This document shows, piece after piece, positions 1 to 9,117 of a stretch of DNA of 64,000 nt. The notes beneath the pieces were generated by a model. It was given only the letters and a program-made list of their open reading frames with translations, was not told the origin of the DNA and did not search any database. The position numbers were made by a program, and so were the translations under genes. This DNA comes from an uncultured Chloroflexia bacterium. Lineage in GTDB: Bacteria; Chloroflexota; Chloroflexia; QHBQ01; JADMIH01. Positions within the stretch are counted from its first letter, which is position 1. Each line of letters opens with the position of its first letter. Location of the stretch: assembly GCA_963797095.1 (NCBI GenBank), contig CAWCNY010000003.1, positions 192,001 through 256,000 on the forward strand, in the 5' to 3' direction.

Positions 1-361
1 TCCTGGCCGCACGCCAGCGCCGCTCGCCCGCGATCAGGCCGTATTTGCCCCCACCCAGGCTGGTAACCACCAACGGCTGGATAACACCGTGCTCTCGGAT
101 GGAGGCGGCAAGCTCCTCAAGCTTTTCGGGGTGGATGGCCTGTCGGGGCTGGCGCGGGTTGGGTGTGATCGCCTCGACTGGCACTTGCAATAGGCCGTTT
201 CCAAATGGCGCTGGGGGCAGGGCAACATCAACAGGTTGCACAGGTGTAGCCGCACCGGCACGGTCTTCGGCTGTGGTCTGCTGCCCCGCGTCTTCAGCGA
301 CGGAGGGGGGAATGAGCGCGCCGAGGCCGCGCCCCAGGCCGCCACGCTTCTTGCCCGTCAT
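1..361 (-). CDS. parB: ParB/Spo0J chromosome partitioning protein (5' part; runs off the window)
   Basis: Manual translation from ATG 361: MTGKKRGGLGRGLGALIP...NPRQPR...LAASIREHGVIQPLVV...LIAGERRWRAAR (GERRWRA arginine patch); start overlaps the parA stop. Confidence 0.95.
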   Translation of the reverse strand, partial: MTGKKRGGLGRGLGALIPPSVAEDAGQQTTAEDRAGAATPVQPVDVALPPAPFGNGLLQVPVEAITPNPRQPRQAIHPEKLEELAASIREHGVIQPLVVTSLGGGKYGLIAGERRWRAAR

Positions 362-1245
362 GACGCGGCGCTCCTTTCGGCGCTAGAGCCTGGCGCGGGA
401 AGCGAATCTGAGGAGCGGGCCGCCACCTCGGAGGCGAGGGCAGCGTAGGCCAGCGCACCCCGCGAATTGGGATCATATTCGAGGATGGAGAGGCCGTAGC
501 TGGGGGCCTCGCTGAGGCGCACGCTTCGAGGCACAAGCGTAGCAAACATCTCGCGCGGAAAGTGCGATTTGACCTCCTGCACCACCTGGGCAGAGAGATT
601 GGTGCGGCTATCGTACATGGTCATGGCTATTCCCAGGATGCGCAAGCCTCGGTTCAACCCTTTCAGGACAAGAGAAATGGTGTTTGTCAGTTGCAAAAGC
701 CCCTCCAGGGCCAGGTATTCGCATTGCAAAGGTATTATGACGGCGTCGGCGGCGGTGAGCGCGTTGAGCGTCAGCAAGCCGAGCGATGGCGGGCAATCGA
801 CCAGGATGTAGTCGTACTGAGCCGTAAGCGGCTGCAATAGTGTGCGAAGGCGATACTCACGCTCTCCCTGTTCCTCGCCCGCAAGCTCAACTTCGGCTCC
901 TGCAAGTTCCACAGAAGAAGGTAGAAGGTCGAGCCTGCCGCCGAACACCGGGCGGTCTATTGGCGTGACCGCTTCCGAGACATCGGCGCCATCCAGCAGA
1001 ATGTCGTAGAGAGCAGGCTCCTCGCGGTGTTTGTCAACCCCCAGGCTGGAGGTGGCGTTGGCCTGCGAGTCGGCATCGACCAGCAGCACGCGCTTGCCTC
1101 CGGCGGCGAGGTAGGCGGCCAGATTGACGGTGGTGGTGGTCTTGCCGACGCCCCCTTTCTGGTTGGCGAAGGAATAGATATGCCCCCTGCGCAAAGGGCG
1201 GCCTACGATAGGTTCGACACTTTTGCCGGAGAGGTTTTCGTCCAC
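358..1245 (-). CDS. parA: ParA/Soj ATPase
   Basis: Deviant Walker A NQKGGVGKTTT, DADSQANAT, DCPPSLG and QCEYLALEG motifs; directly upstream of parB. Confidence 0.96.
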   Translation of the reverse strand: MDENLSGKSVEPIVGRPLRRGHIYSFANQKGGVGKTTTTVNLAAYLAAGGKRVLLVDADSQANATSSLGVDKHREEPALYDILLDGADVSEAVTPIDRPVFGGRLDLLPSSVELAGAEVELAGEEQGEREYRLRTLLQPLTAQYDYILVDCPPSLGLLTLNALTAADAVIIPLQCEYLALEGLLQLTNTISLVLKGLNRGLRILGIAMTMYDSRTNLSAQVVQEVKSHFPREMFATLVPRSVRLSEAPSYGLSILEYDPNSRGALAYAALASEVAARSSDSLPAPGSSAERSAAS

Positions 1246-1253
1246 TGAGGGTT

Positions 1254-1282
1254 ATTCTACCCAATTCGGGGCGGGGGAACAA
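1254..1282 (-). promoter_or_regulatory. Putative sigma70 promoter of parAB (near-leaderless)
   Basis: TTGTTC-N17-TAGAAT on the minus strand, ending 8 nt before the GTG start. Confidence 0.45.
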
Positions 1283-1296
1283 TCGGGCGTGAGGAC

Positions 1297-2763
1297 GTAA
1301 GTGTTCAGAGTGGAGGTGGAGCAATTTCCACTATATGCTATGGGCATGACTGTTGAAGAAGAAGTTGCCCAGCTGAGGGAAGAGAATAGGCAGCTACGTG
1401 AACAGCTTGAGCAAGCATTGGCTGTGATTGCTCAACTACGTGCAGAACTGGACAAGTACAGAGAGAACAAGAGCAAACCACCTTCCTTCGTCAAGCCCAA
1501 CAGTGCCAAACCCAAAGACAAAGCCCAAAAGCAGCCCCGCCGCAAACGAGCCAAAGACCAAAACGGTGCTCGTCGTCGGGAGCAAAACCCCCCCCAAACG
1601 ATACAGCATACAGTGCAGCAGTGTCCCACCTGCGCCTACCCTCTGCAACACCCCCAAATCGCCCAGCGCCGTCAGGTGATAGAACTGCCTCCTCCCCTTC
1701 CTGTAGAAGTTACCGAGCACCAGTTGTACAAGAGTTGGTGCCCTCGTTGTGAGAAGTGGCATCAGGGGCACGTTGACCTGAGCACACAGGTAATCGGACA
1801 AAGCAGAATGGGAGTACGCATTGCCTCCCTCATAGCTTACCTACGTACCACATTGAGAATGCCGGTCCGCCTCATCAGGGAGTACCTGTTGAGCCTGCAC
1901 AATCTGACCATCTCCACTGGAGAGATAGTGGAGTTGCTGCATCGAGTGGCAGTGGCTGAAAAGGTGCAAGCGGCTACCGAGTCAATCAAGGAACGGGTGA
2001 GAAAGAGTGCTATCGTGCATGGCGATGAAACAGGGTGGCGAGAAGGGGGACACAACGGCTACATCTGGTGCTTTTGTACACCCGATGGTGAGCGATACTA
2101 CGAGTATGACCACTCACGAGCAGGGGCTGTAGTCAAACGGATACTCGGCTCAGAGTTCAAAGGCACCCTTGTGACCGACTTCTATGTAGCGTACAACGAC
2201 TTGCCATGTGAGCACCAACGCTGCTGGGTGCATCTGCTGAGAGACTTGCATAAGCTGAAAGAAGAGCACAAAGAGGGTCCGGATAACGAGGCAGTGCTGG
2301 GTTGGGCTGCTCAGTTACGCAAGCTGTACGACCAGGCTCAAAACGCCTTGAAAGGTAAGGGTCGTTGGGGACGATGGCCTCCCACCCAGCAACAACGAGA
2401 AGTGCTCTACATAGAACTGGTTGAAGGTGTGGCACAACTGGCAGGGCGGTACTCAAATGCCAAAGAACATGGTGCTCACCCATGCCACACATTGTCCAAA
2501 CGATTGATGCTGCACCAGGACAGCCTGTTTCAGTTCGTGCTACAAGAGGGCTTGTCGGCTGACAACAACCTGGCCGAGCGCTCGGTACGTCCTGTGGTGG
2601 TGATGCGTAAGGTATCAGGCGGCTCTCAATCCGAGCGCGGCTCACGCACTCGCATGACGTTGGCCTCCTTGTTTGGCACCTGGCGTGCTAAGGGTCTCAA
2701 TCCCTTCTCAGAATGTATGCTCCTCTTGGTTCAACCCTCTACACCATTAGTCTGAACACTTAC
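1297..2763 (+). mobile_element. IS66-family insertion sequence, single-ORF (ISBst12-like) type
   Basis: Perfect 13-bp TIR GTAAGTGTTCAGA (1297-1309) / TCTGAACACTTAC (2751-2763); 8-bp target duplication GTGAGGAC at 1289-1296 and 2764-2771. Confidence 0.95.
1346..2755 (+). CDS. IS66 DDE transposase
   Basis: N-terminal coiled coil, KPPS, CxxC...CxxC zinc ribbon, HGDETGW, LVTDFY, HQRCWVHLLR, DNNLAERSVR; exact start uncertain. Confidence 0.95.
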   Translation: MTVEEEVAQLREENRQLREQLEQALAVIAQLRAELDKYRENKSKPPSFVKPNSAKPKDKAQKQPRRKRAKDQNGARRREQNPPQTIQHTVQQCPTCAYPLQHPQIAQRRQVIELPPPLPVEVTEHQLYKSWCPRCEKWHQGHVDLSTQVIGQSRMGVRIASLIAYLRTTLRMPVRLIREYLLSLHNLTISTGEIVELLHRVAVAEKVQAATESIKERVRKSAIVHGDETGWREGGHNGYIWCFCTPDGERYYEYDHSRAGAVVKRILGSEFKGTLVTDFYVAYNDLPCEHQRCWVHLLRDLHKLKEEHKEGPDNEAVLGWAAQLRKLYDQAQNALKGKGRWGRWPPTQQQREVLYIELVEGVAQLAGRYSNAKEHGAHPCHTLSKRLMLHQDSLFQFVLQEGLSADNNLAERSVRPVVVMRKVSGGSQSERGSRTRMTLASLFGTWRAKGLNPFSECMLLLVQPSTPLV

Positions 2764-2771
2764 GTGAGGAC

Positions 2772-2813
2772 GAGTGGCGAGTGGCGAGTGGCGAGTGGCG
2801 AGTGGCGAGTGGC
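2772..2813. repeat. Heptamer tandem repeat (GAGTGGC)x6
   Basis: Six perfect 7-bp units between the IS target duplication and the stop of the next gene. Confidence 0.95.
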
Positions 2814-4162
2814 TACTTTACTGATAGAACCAAGATGGAGTTGGAATATAGGAGCAGCCTGGTGCCATCTGGGGACCAACGTGGGAGGCTGCAGAGGCCG
2901 GGATTGCCCGGTGGGAAGGTCAGGTCGTCGAAGGCTGCGTATTTCATGGAGGGGATGTCAACGATTGTGAGGTTAGTTGTATACGGTGCGCATCCCTCCG
3001 GTTCGCAGCCACCACCCCGGTAGCTGAAGGCCAATCGATGGCTGTCGGGGCTCCATTGTGGGTTGCTCAGGTACAACGGCAGGATCAGCCATTCCTTCAG
3101 ATTAGCACTTACCAGGGCGAAACCAACCCTGTTGCTCAGCAGTAACCAATTGCCATCGGGCGACCAACTCATGAACCTGTTGAGTGCACCGGCCTCAGGC
3201 TGCTTGGTGACTTGGAAGCGCTTACCTGTGGTCAGGTTGAGGAGATAAGTAGTCTCAGGATCTGAGCCGTAATGCGGTGTCATCATCGAATCTTGCTCGG
3301 TGCTATATGCCAACCAATCGGTGCCTGGCTGGGCAGCAGCGCTCTCCATATAAGGGATGTTGCGGTTATCAAGCACGCGACCGTCCGACGAAAGAGTGAC
3401 CAGGCGCTCACCGCCTATGTATCGCTCGTATCCGGCATCGGTGAACTGGATGGAAGTAGCACGGTCAGCATCCCACCAGCTAATGCGCCAGACGAGCGGA
3501 AGCTCCGGCTGCTCTACAAACTTCGGCGGGCGCCCTGGCTGAGTGAACGTGAGGCGGTCGAGATAGCCCGGCAACCGCGTGATACCCCTGTCTTTACCAA
3601 TGTGCTGCACATAGAGGGTATTGCCAGGTTGAGGCAACTGGTTATCAAAGAGGCCATCAGCCATTTCTGCGTACTGATGTAATAAAGCTTTATCAGTGCC
3701 GTCAAGTGTCGACCAGTATAGATTGCCCGATGTGGTGGCATAGAGAAGCGATGTGCCATCAGGTGCCCATGCCATTGAGGTAACAGGCTCAACAGGCACC
3801 AGGGTTTGCTGGACCTCAAAGTGAATGTGGAGGCCATCTTCCATGGTGAGGATAGTGGCCGGAGTGATCAGCGTGGCCGGTTGAAGGCTGGCGGGTGTGG
3901 GTGTGAAAGTTGGCTCAGGAATGGTAGGGGTCGATGGGGTGGGAGCGAAAGTTGGATAGACACTTGTGCCAACGGGAGCGGGCATAAGCCTGCGCGCAAG
4001 GGTCGGCTCAGGCGGCTGGAACCTTGCTACAAGCGTGGGGGTAGGCACTATTGGCCAGGATCGCCCCGAAGATGCTTCATCACCCCGCGATGAGCATCCC
4101 GCTACAATAGCCACAAGCAAGGTCAGAAATAGCAAGCCTATGGAGAGGCGCAATGCAATCAT
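2813..4162 (-). CDS. Lipoprotein with Pro/Thr-rich linker and TolB/PD40-like beta-propeller repeats
   Basis: Signal peptide with lipobox VAG-C; PT-rich stretch; repeated WAPDG/WSPDG motifs. Confidence 0.75.
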   Translation of the reverse strand: MIALRLSIGLLFLTLLVAIVAGCSSRGDEASSGRSWPIVPTPTLVARFQPPEPTLARRLMPAPVGTSVYPTFAPTPSTPTIPEPTFTPTPASLQPATLITPATILTMEDGLHIHFEVQQTLVPVEPVTSMAWAPDGTSLLYATTSGNLYWSTLDGTDKALLHQYAEMADGLFDNQLPQPGNTLYVQHIGKDRGITRLPGYLDRLTFTQPGRPPKFVEQPELPLVWRISWWDADRATSIQFTDAGYERYIGGERLVTLSSDGRVLDNRNIPYMESAAAQPGTDWLAYSTEQDSMMTPHYGSDPETTYLLNLTTGKRFQVTKQPEAGALNRFMSWSPDGNWLLLSNRVGFALVSANLKEWLILPLYLSNPQWSPDSHRLAFSYRGGGCEPEGCAPYTTNLTIVDIPSMKYAAFDDLTFPPGNPGLCSLPRWSPDGTRLLLYSNSILVLSVK

Positions 4163-4326
4163 TATTGATCTCCTACCAAGTGAGCGGTCTTCAATATCAT
4201 AATATTACAATGTGTTAAGGATAAAAAGGTTTTATATAAATACTCCTAAATAGCGGCCATTGCTCGGTTATAATGAGGCGGCTTCGCAATCATCCTTCAG
4301 TTTCCTCTCTCGAGGGTACGACCCTA

Positions 4327-5289
4327 ATGTTACTTGCGTATATTGACTGCTACGCCGGGCTGTCAGGTGAAACGCTCCTGGACGCACTGGTTAGTGCAGG
4401 TCTATCCAGAGAGCAGGTGGATCGCGCACTGGCTGGTTTACCAGGAAAAGTCACTCACACAGACGAACAAAGGGCACTTCTGAGGCTGGACAGCTTCAGA
4501 AAGTCGGTGGCGGCCTCCTCACTGTCACCTATTGTGAAACAGGCGGCAGGCGCTGTGCTGGCAAAGCTGATTGAAGCCACAAACGCGACCTACAGCGAGG
4601 AAGCAGACACTATTTTGCGCGCCATGGGCTGGCATGAGTGGCGCGAAAGCGAGCTACGGGCGGCTGTGGGCGCGGTACAGGCGCTAGCGCTGTTGCGGAT
4701 CGACCGGGTGGAGTGCTCGCCGTTGCGGGTGGGAGGCGGATTGGTGGCCGGGAGCCAAAAGCAAATACGAACGCCCAGTCCCGCGCTCTCGCCTGTTACC
4801 GCCACTCTGTTGTGTGGGGCAGCTGTTCCCGTATACGGGAGCGAGCATGATAGCGAGCTGGTCACTCCGGTTGGTGCGGCGTTGGTGACGACCCTGGCAT
4901 CGGCGTTCGGGCCTCTGCCTCCAATGACCATACGCGCAATAGGTGACGGCAGAGAGCAGGCAGGTAAGAACGGCTCGATCAGGACGACCAGGCACACGCG
5001 GCTATTCATTGGGGAGAGTGCGTCGGTATTTGTGGGGCCTGCTATTCCTCACAGGGAAGCGTCGCCGCGAGCCGAGATCAAGGTGGAAGCCACGCCCCCG
5101 CCACCTCAGCCCGGTGATACTCCAACCGAGGCAACCCGAGAAACTGCGGCGGACGCAGACGAAGTGGACGAATTTACCACTCAATACGCGGCGGAGCATG
5201 CCCCCGCCACCCCCTATATATCTCTAGTCGAAGAATGGGTCTCATTGAGCATCAAGGGGCACCAGCAGAGCGGGCGGCAACGGGTATAA
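4327..5289 (+). CDS. LarC-like (DUF111) protein, N-terminal domain only, divergent
   Basis: AYIDCYAGLSGETLLDALVSAG, CSPLRVGGG, SPVTATLL, ELVTPVGAAL and FGPLPPM match the LarC N-domain pattern; no His-rich insert or C-domain. Confidence 0.7.
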   Translation: MLLAYIDCYAGLSGETLLDALVSAGLSREQVDRALAGLPGKVTHTDEQRALLRLDSFRKSVAASSLSPIVKQAAGAVLAKLIEATNATYSEEADTILRAMGWHEWRESELRAAVGAVQALALLRIDRVECSPLRVGGGLVAGSQKQIRTPSPALSPVTATLLCGAAVPVYGSEHDSELVTPVGAALVTTLASAFGPLPPMTIRAIGDGREQAGKNGSIRTTRHTRLFIGESASVFVGPAIPHREASPRAEIKVEATPPPPQPGDTPTEATRETAADADEVDEFTTQYAAEHAPATPYISLVEEWVSLSIKGHQQSGRQRV

Positions 5290-5416
5290 AGGAGCAATCA
5301 TAGACAAGATAATAGCGTTTGGCAGCGGCGGGTGTCCTCTATGACATCCGCTTCCTCGTATTGCTTGCCGGATTGAACAGGTCTCGGGCATCCGGGTTTG
5401 AAACGCAAAAGAGCGA

Positions 5417-5445
5417 TTGACAGCCAGGACGAACGACCTTACGAT
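5417..5445 (+). promoter_or_regulatory. sigma70-type promoter of the caspase-KAP gene
   Basis: TTGACA-N17-TACGAT; AGGAGG Shine-Dalgarno before ATG 5535. Confidence 0.65.
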
Positions 5446-5534
5446 CTGGAGACAAGCAGCCTCTCCAGGCTACTATTGAACATGCGCTGCAAGAGAAGGT
5501 TGTCCAGCGCCAGGCCATTCGAGGAGGCAACAAG

Positions 5535-8500
5535 ATGCAATTCACCAATGGATACGCTCTTGTAATAGGAGTGGACGAGTATATTAGCGCCTCTAGCAGT
5601 GAAGTTTATTTGCCCGTAGCTCGCAATGATGCGGTCGCTCTCGCCGAGGTACTTACAAATGAGAAGGCTGCTGGCTATCCAGACCGGCAGGTCACTGTAC
5701 TGACAGGAAGGAATGCTAACAGGATAACGATAGCGAAAGAATTCGAGAAGCTTCAAAGCATCGCCCCCTCAGACAGTACGGTGCTAATCTTCCTTTGCGG
5801 ATACGGGATAGTACGTGGACAAGAGTATTATTTTGTTGCTTCAGACGCAGCACCCGAGCTCAATGAGTCGTCACTACTGAGTTCAGCCATTGCAGGACAG
5901 GAGTTGGCGCAAAGGATCTCAAGCCTGCAAGCTCAGAGGGTGGTCATGATGTTTGATACAGGCTTGCTATCGTCCTGGTCCGACACATCACAAGAAAAGG
6001 TACAGCTGCCCCCACTCTTCGGTGATGAGTCCCTACCACCGCCAGATTTTGTGCTCGACAATTTGCGCGCCACGGGTGAAGGTAGGGTCATTATTTCAGC
6101 CTGTGGCCCAGGCCAACACTCATATTTCGATCAAAGTTCCGGTCGCAGCTTTTTTTCGCAGGCGTTGGTGGAAGGCCTGAGCGGCAATTCTGCTATTAAG
6201 CCCGACCAGGGCTACATTACCGTGAATAACTTGTGGCGCTTCGTAAGCAAAAGAGTAGGATCTCTTGCCCGACAATTCAGCGCTACCCTGAAGCAGGTGC
6301 CATCCATAACCGCTTCAACTCTCGACCCGTTCTTTCCTGTAGCCTTATTTCATGGTGGGGAGGGCATAGTTCCAGATGGGTCAAGTGCAAGCAAGGTAGA
6401 GCAGATTCAGATAGAGCAGTCAAGCCCTACCGATGATAGTGAAGCTAAAGACTTGCGGCCCCTAGATTCAGCGGTGAAGCAGAGCCAACCACGGCGTAAG
6501 TCAGGCAGCAGGAGAAGAGGCGCGGCAAGTAAGGATAGCGACACACCGAGTACGGCTGTTAGCGCCGATACAGATGCCACCACCGATGAAACCTCTCCGG
6601 CACCAACAACCCGCCCCGCTTCCTGGTTGCCGATCATCAATGCCGATACTGCCAATGCGGGTCTCACTCAAGGACAGCCACTCACCGACTTGCTTGACAT
6701 TACCCCCGATGTGAGGGCTTTCGCGACCCTTATCGCCTCCAAGAGACTGGCGCCTCCACTATCGATCGGGTTATTTGGGGAATGGGGGTCGGGCAAGACC
6801 TTCTTTATGCAGCTTTTGAAGGAAGAAATAGAGAAGCGGGCCAGGGCCGCCAGGGATTCGGGGAAGCCGCAGAGCCAGGTCATGTTCTACAAGAACATCA
6901 GGCAGATCGAATTCAATGCCTGGCAATACATGGAGGGCGACCTGTGGGCCAGCCTGGTATCTCACATCTTCGATGGACTGGTGAACAATGACCGAGCCAG
7001 CAATGAAGAACAAATAGAGGAATGGAAGAAGGAACGCTTGACACGGCTGGATCGCCTGGGCGTGCAGAAAGCAGCCGAAGAAGCCGCCAGGGTAAAGCAG
7101 GAGCAAGCACAGGTAGCTCTATCGGCAGCGCAAGCCGAACAAGACCAGGCCCAGCGAGAGCTAAGAAACGCCGAGACGAAGGCATTGGAGATCACCCCAA
7201 GAAACATTCTTGAAAAAGCCTTCGGTCAAGCAAATGTGCAGGACGGATTGACGGCGTTGCGCGCCAAGCTCGGACTCGACCCGGACCTGGGAGATGATAT
7301 CGAGAAAACCTTCTCCGAAACGGAGGCAGCATACAACCGGAGCCAAACGCTGGCAGGCTCGCTGCTCGGCGGCGGGAATCGCATCTGGTGGCTGCTCCTT
7401 ATCCCTGCCATATCGGTGTTAGCAGGAGTCATAGCCGGGCTGCTCACCTGGGCGGCAGGCAGCGAATGGTTTGCGCAGACCGCCGCCGTGATCACCTCGA
7501 TTGGCGGGCTGATCGCCGGGGCCATCGCCTGGCTTCGCAAGCAGATCGGCTGGGCATCGGGGTGGCTCGCGGACGTGGAGAAGCTAAGGGACGACCTGGA
7601 AGCGAACATCAAAGCGCAGACCGAACCGGAACGCACTGAACTGGCAGAGCGTGAGGCAGATGTGGAGGCAGCCCGCAAGAGGTTGGCCGAAGCCCAGGAG
7701 GCGAGGGCCAAAGCCCAGCAACAGGTAGCGCAGGCCGAGGAGGACCTGAGAAACGCGTCACCGGAGAAGCTGCTGACAAGTTTCCTGGAGGAACGGGTAG
7801 AGAGCAGCGACTACCGCAAGCGCCTGGGCATACTGGCGTTGATCCGCCAGGACTTCCAGACCCTTTCGAACCTGATGTCGGAGGGGAACAAAGACCTTGA
7901 AGACGTAACGGATTTGAAGAAGGAACAGGAAAACGACACAGGACGAATCAATCGTATTGTGCTCTACATCGACGACCTCGACCGCTGCCCGCCTGAAAAC
8001 GTGGTGAAGGTGCTGCAGGCGGTAAACCTGTTACTCGGTCTGCCCCTCTTTGTGGTGGTGGTAGCGGTCGATGCGCGGTGGGTGCGAGGCTCGCTATTAT
8101 CCAGGTACAAGGGGTTGCTACAAGACGAGCTCATAACACCCAATATGAACAGCGGTGCCAACGATGAGCAAGCCAGCATCCAGGACCTACAGGCATCGCC
8201 CCTGGACTACCTGGAGAAGATATTCCAGATCCCGTTCTGGCTCAGCCCGATCAGCGAGGATGGGCGAAAGACAATGCTCAAAGATCTTCTTGCTCCTACA
8301 CCTGCTGCGATCCGGCCAGAGACGCCCCCTACCAACGGCAACAGCGACAAACCGTTGCCTGAGAACAAGGCTGACGAGAGCACACCAGGTGCAAATGGAC
8401 CCACGGCAGTCGTCAATATAGCCAGGGATGGGAATGGGCCAGAGGCAACGAACGGGGCTGGTCAACCCATCCCGGAGCCTGCGCAAGCTCCACGCCCACC

Positions 8501-9026
8501 AGAGCAGGCGGATTCCAAAGAAGAGGAAGTGGATATGAATCCGGCGGCAATGACTATCCAAAAGACAGAGTTGGACTTCGTTGAAGAGTTGGCTCCCCTC
8601 CTCGGGCGCTCGCCAAGAGCTTTGAAACGCTTCGTCAATACGTATATGCTCGTCAAGGCCAAGCTCGGTGACGTTGGCATCCTGCTGGGCGAAGCCAATG
8701 ATACGCAGTATAAGATAATACTTGTACTGGTGGCCCTCGTCACTCACAGCCCTGAGGTCACGCCTCTGGTTTTTCAAGCGGTTGATTACAACGCGGGATT
8801 GCAGAGCGCCCCCGCTTCGGCGACATGGAAGAGCATACAGTCCTACGTGGTGGCGCAAAGTAAAGAGAATAAGCGCTCGCCCGATTGGGAAGCCGAATGG
8901 AAAAGGGTGTCAGACTGGCTCGATAAACACGAGACAGAGCTACAAACGGATTGGAAGAACCTCAACATTTGGGTCCAGCGCATCGCACGCTACGCATACG
9001 TGGCCGATCCAAGCTGGCTCAGTTGA
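5535..9026 (+). CDS. Caspase-like (peptidase C14, dyad lost) domain fused to a KAP-family P-loop NTPase with two TM helices
   Basis: YALVIGVDEY...NDAVALAEVL caspase start; IGLFGEWGSGKTFFM Walker A; IEFNAWQY; IVLYIDDLDRC Walker B; DYLEKIFQIPF; SPRALKRFVN; two hydrophobic helices between coiled coils. Confidence 0.88.
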   Translation: MQFTNGYALVIGVDEYISASSSEVYLPVARNDAVALAEVLTNEKAAGYPDRQVTVLTGRNANRITIAKEFEKLQSIAPSDSTVLIFLCGYGIVRGQEYYFVASDAAPELNESSLLSSAIAGQELAQRISSLQAQRVVMMFDTGLLSSWSDTSQEKVQLPPLFGDESLPPPDFVLDNLRATGEGRVIISACGPGQHSYFDQSSGRSFFSQALVEGLSGNSAIKPDQGYITVNNLWRFVSKRVGSLARQFSATLKQVPSITASTLDPFFPVALFHGGEGIVPDGSSASKVEQIQIEQSSPTDDSEAKDLRPLDSAVKQSQPRRKSGSRRRGAASKDSDTPSTAVSADTDATTDETSPAPTTRPASWLPIINADTANAGLTQGQPLTDLLDITPDVRAFATLIASKRLAPPLSIGLFGEWGSGKTFFMQLLKEEIEKRARAARDSGKPQSQVMFYKNIRQIEFNAWQYMEGDLWASLVSHIFDGLVNNDRASNEEQIEEWKKERLTRLDRLGVQKAAEEAARVKQEQAQVALSAAQAEQDQAQRELRNAETKALEITPRNILEKAFGQANVQDGLTALRAKLGLDPDLGDDIEKTFSETEAAYNRSQTLAGSLLGGGNRIWWLLLIPAISVLAGVIAGLLTWAAGSEWFAQTAAVITSIGGLIAGAIAWLRKQIGWASGWLADVEKLRDDLEANIKAQTEPERTELAEREADVEAARKRLAEAQEARAKAQQQVAQAEEDLRNASPEKLLTSFLEERVESSDYRKRLGILALIRQDFQTLSNLMSEGNKDLEDVTDLKKEQENDTGRINRIVLYIDDLDRCPPENVVKVLQAVNLLLGLPLFVVVVAVDARWVRGSLLSRYKGLLQDELITPNMNSGANDEQASIQDLQASPLDYLEKIFQIPFWLSPISEDGRKTMLKDLLAPTPAAIRPETPPTNGNSDKPLPENKADESTPGANGPTAVVNIARDGNGPEATNGAGQPIPEPAQAPRPPEQADSKEEEVDMNPAAMTIQKTELDFVEELAPLLGRSPRALKRFVNTYMLVKAKLGDVGILLGEANDTQYKIILVLVALVTHSPEVTPLVFQAVDYNAGLQSAPASATWKSIQSYVVAQSKENKRSPDWEAEWKRVSDWLDKHETELQTDWKNLNIWVQRIARYAYVADPSWLS

Positions 9027-9083
9027 TGGTAGTCGAAAGTTCCTGGTTCCTGCCTCTTACTATCGTCTACGATCCATCGTCGT

Positions 9084-9113
9084 CCGACTACCGACTACCG
9101 ACTACCGACTACC
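9084..9113. repeat. Heptamer tandem repeat (CCGACTA)x4
   Basis: Four perfect units between convergent stop codons. Confidence 0.9.
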
Positions 9114-9117
9114 ACCG

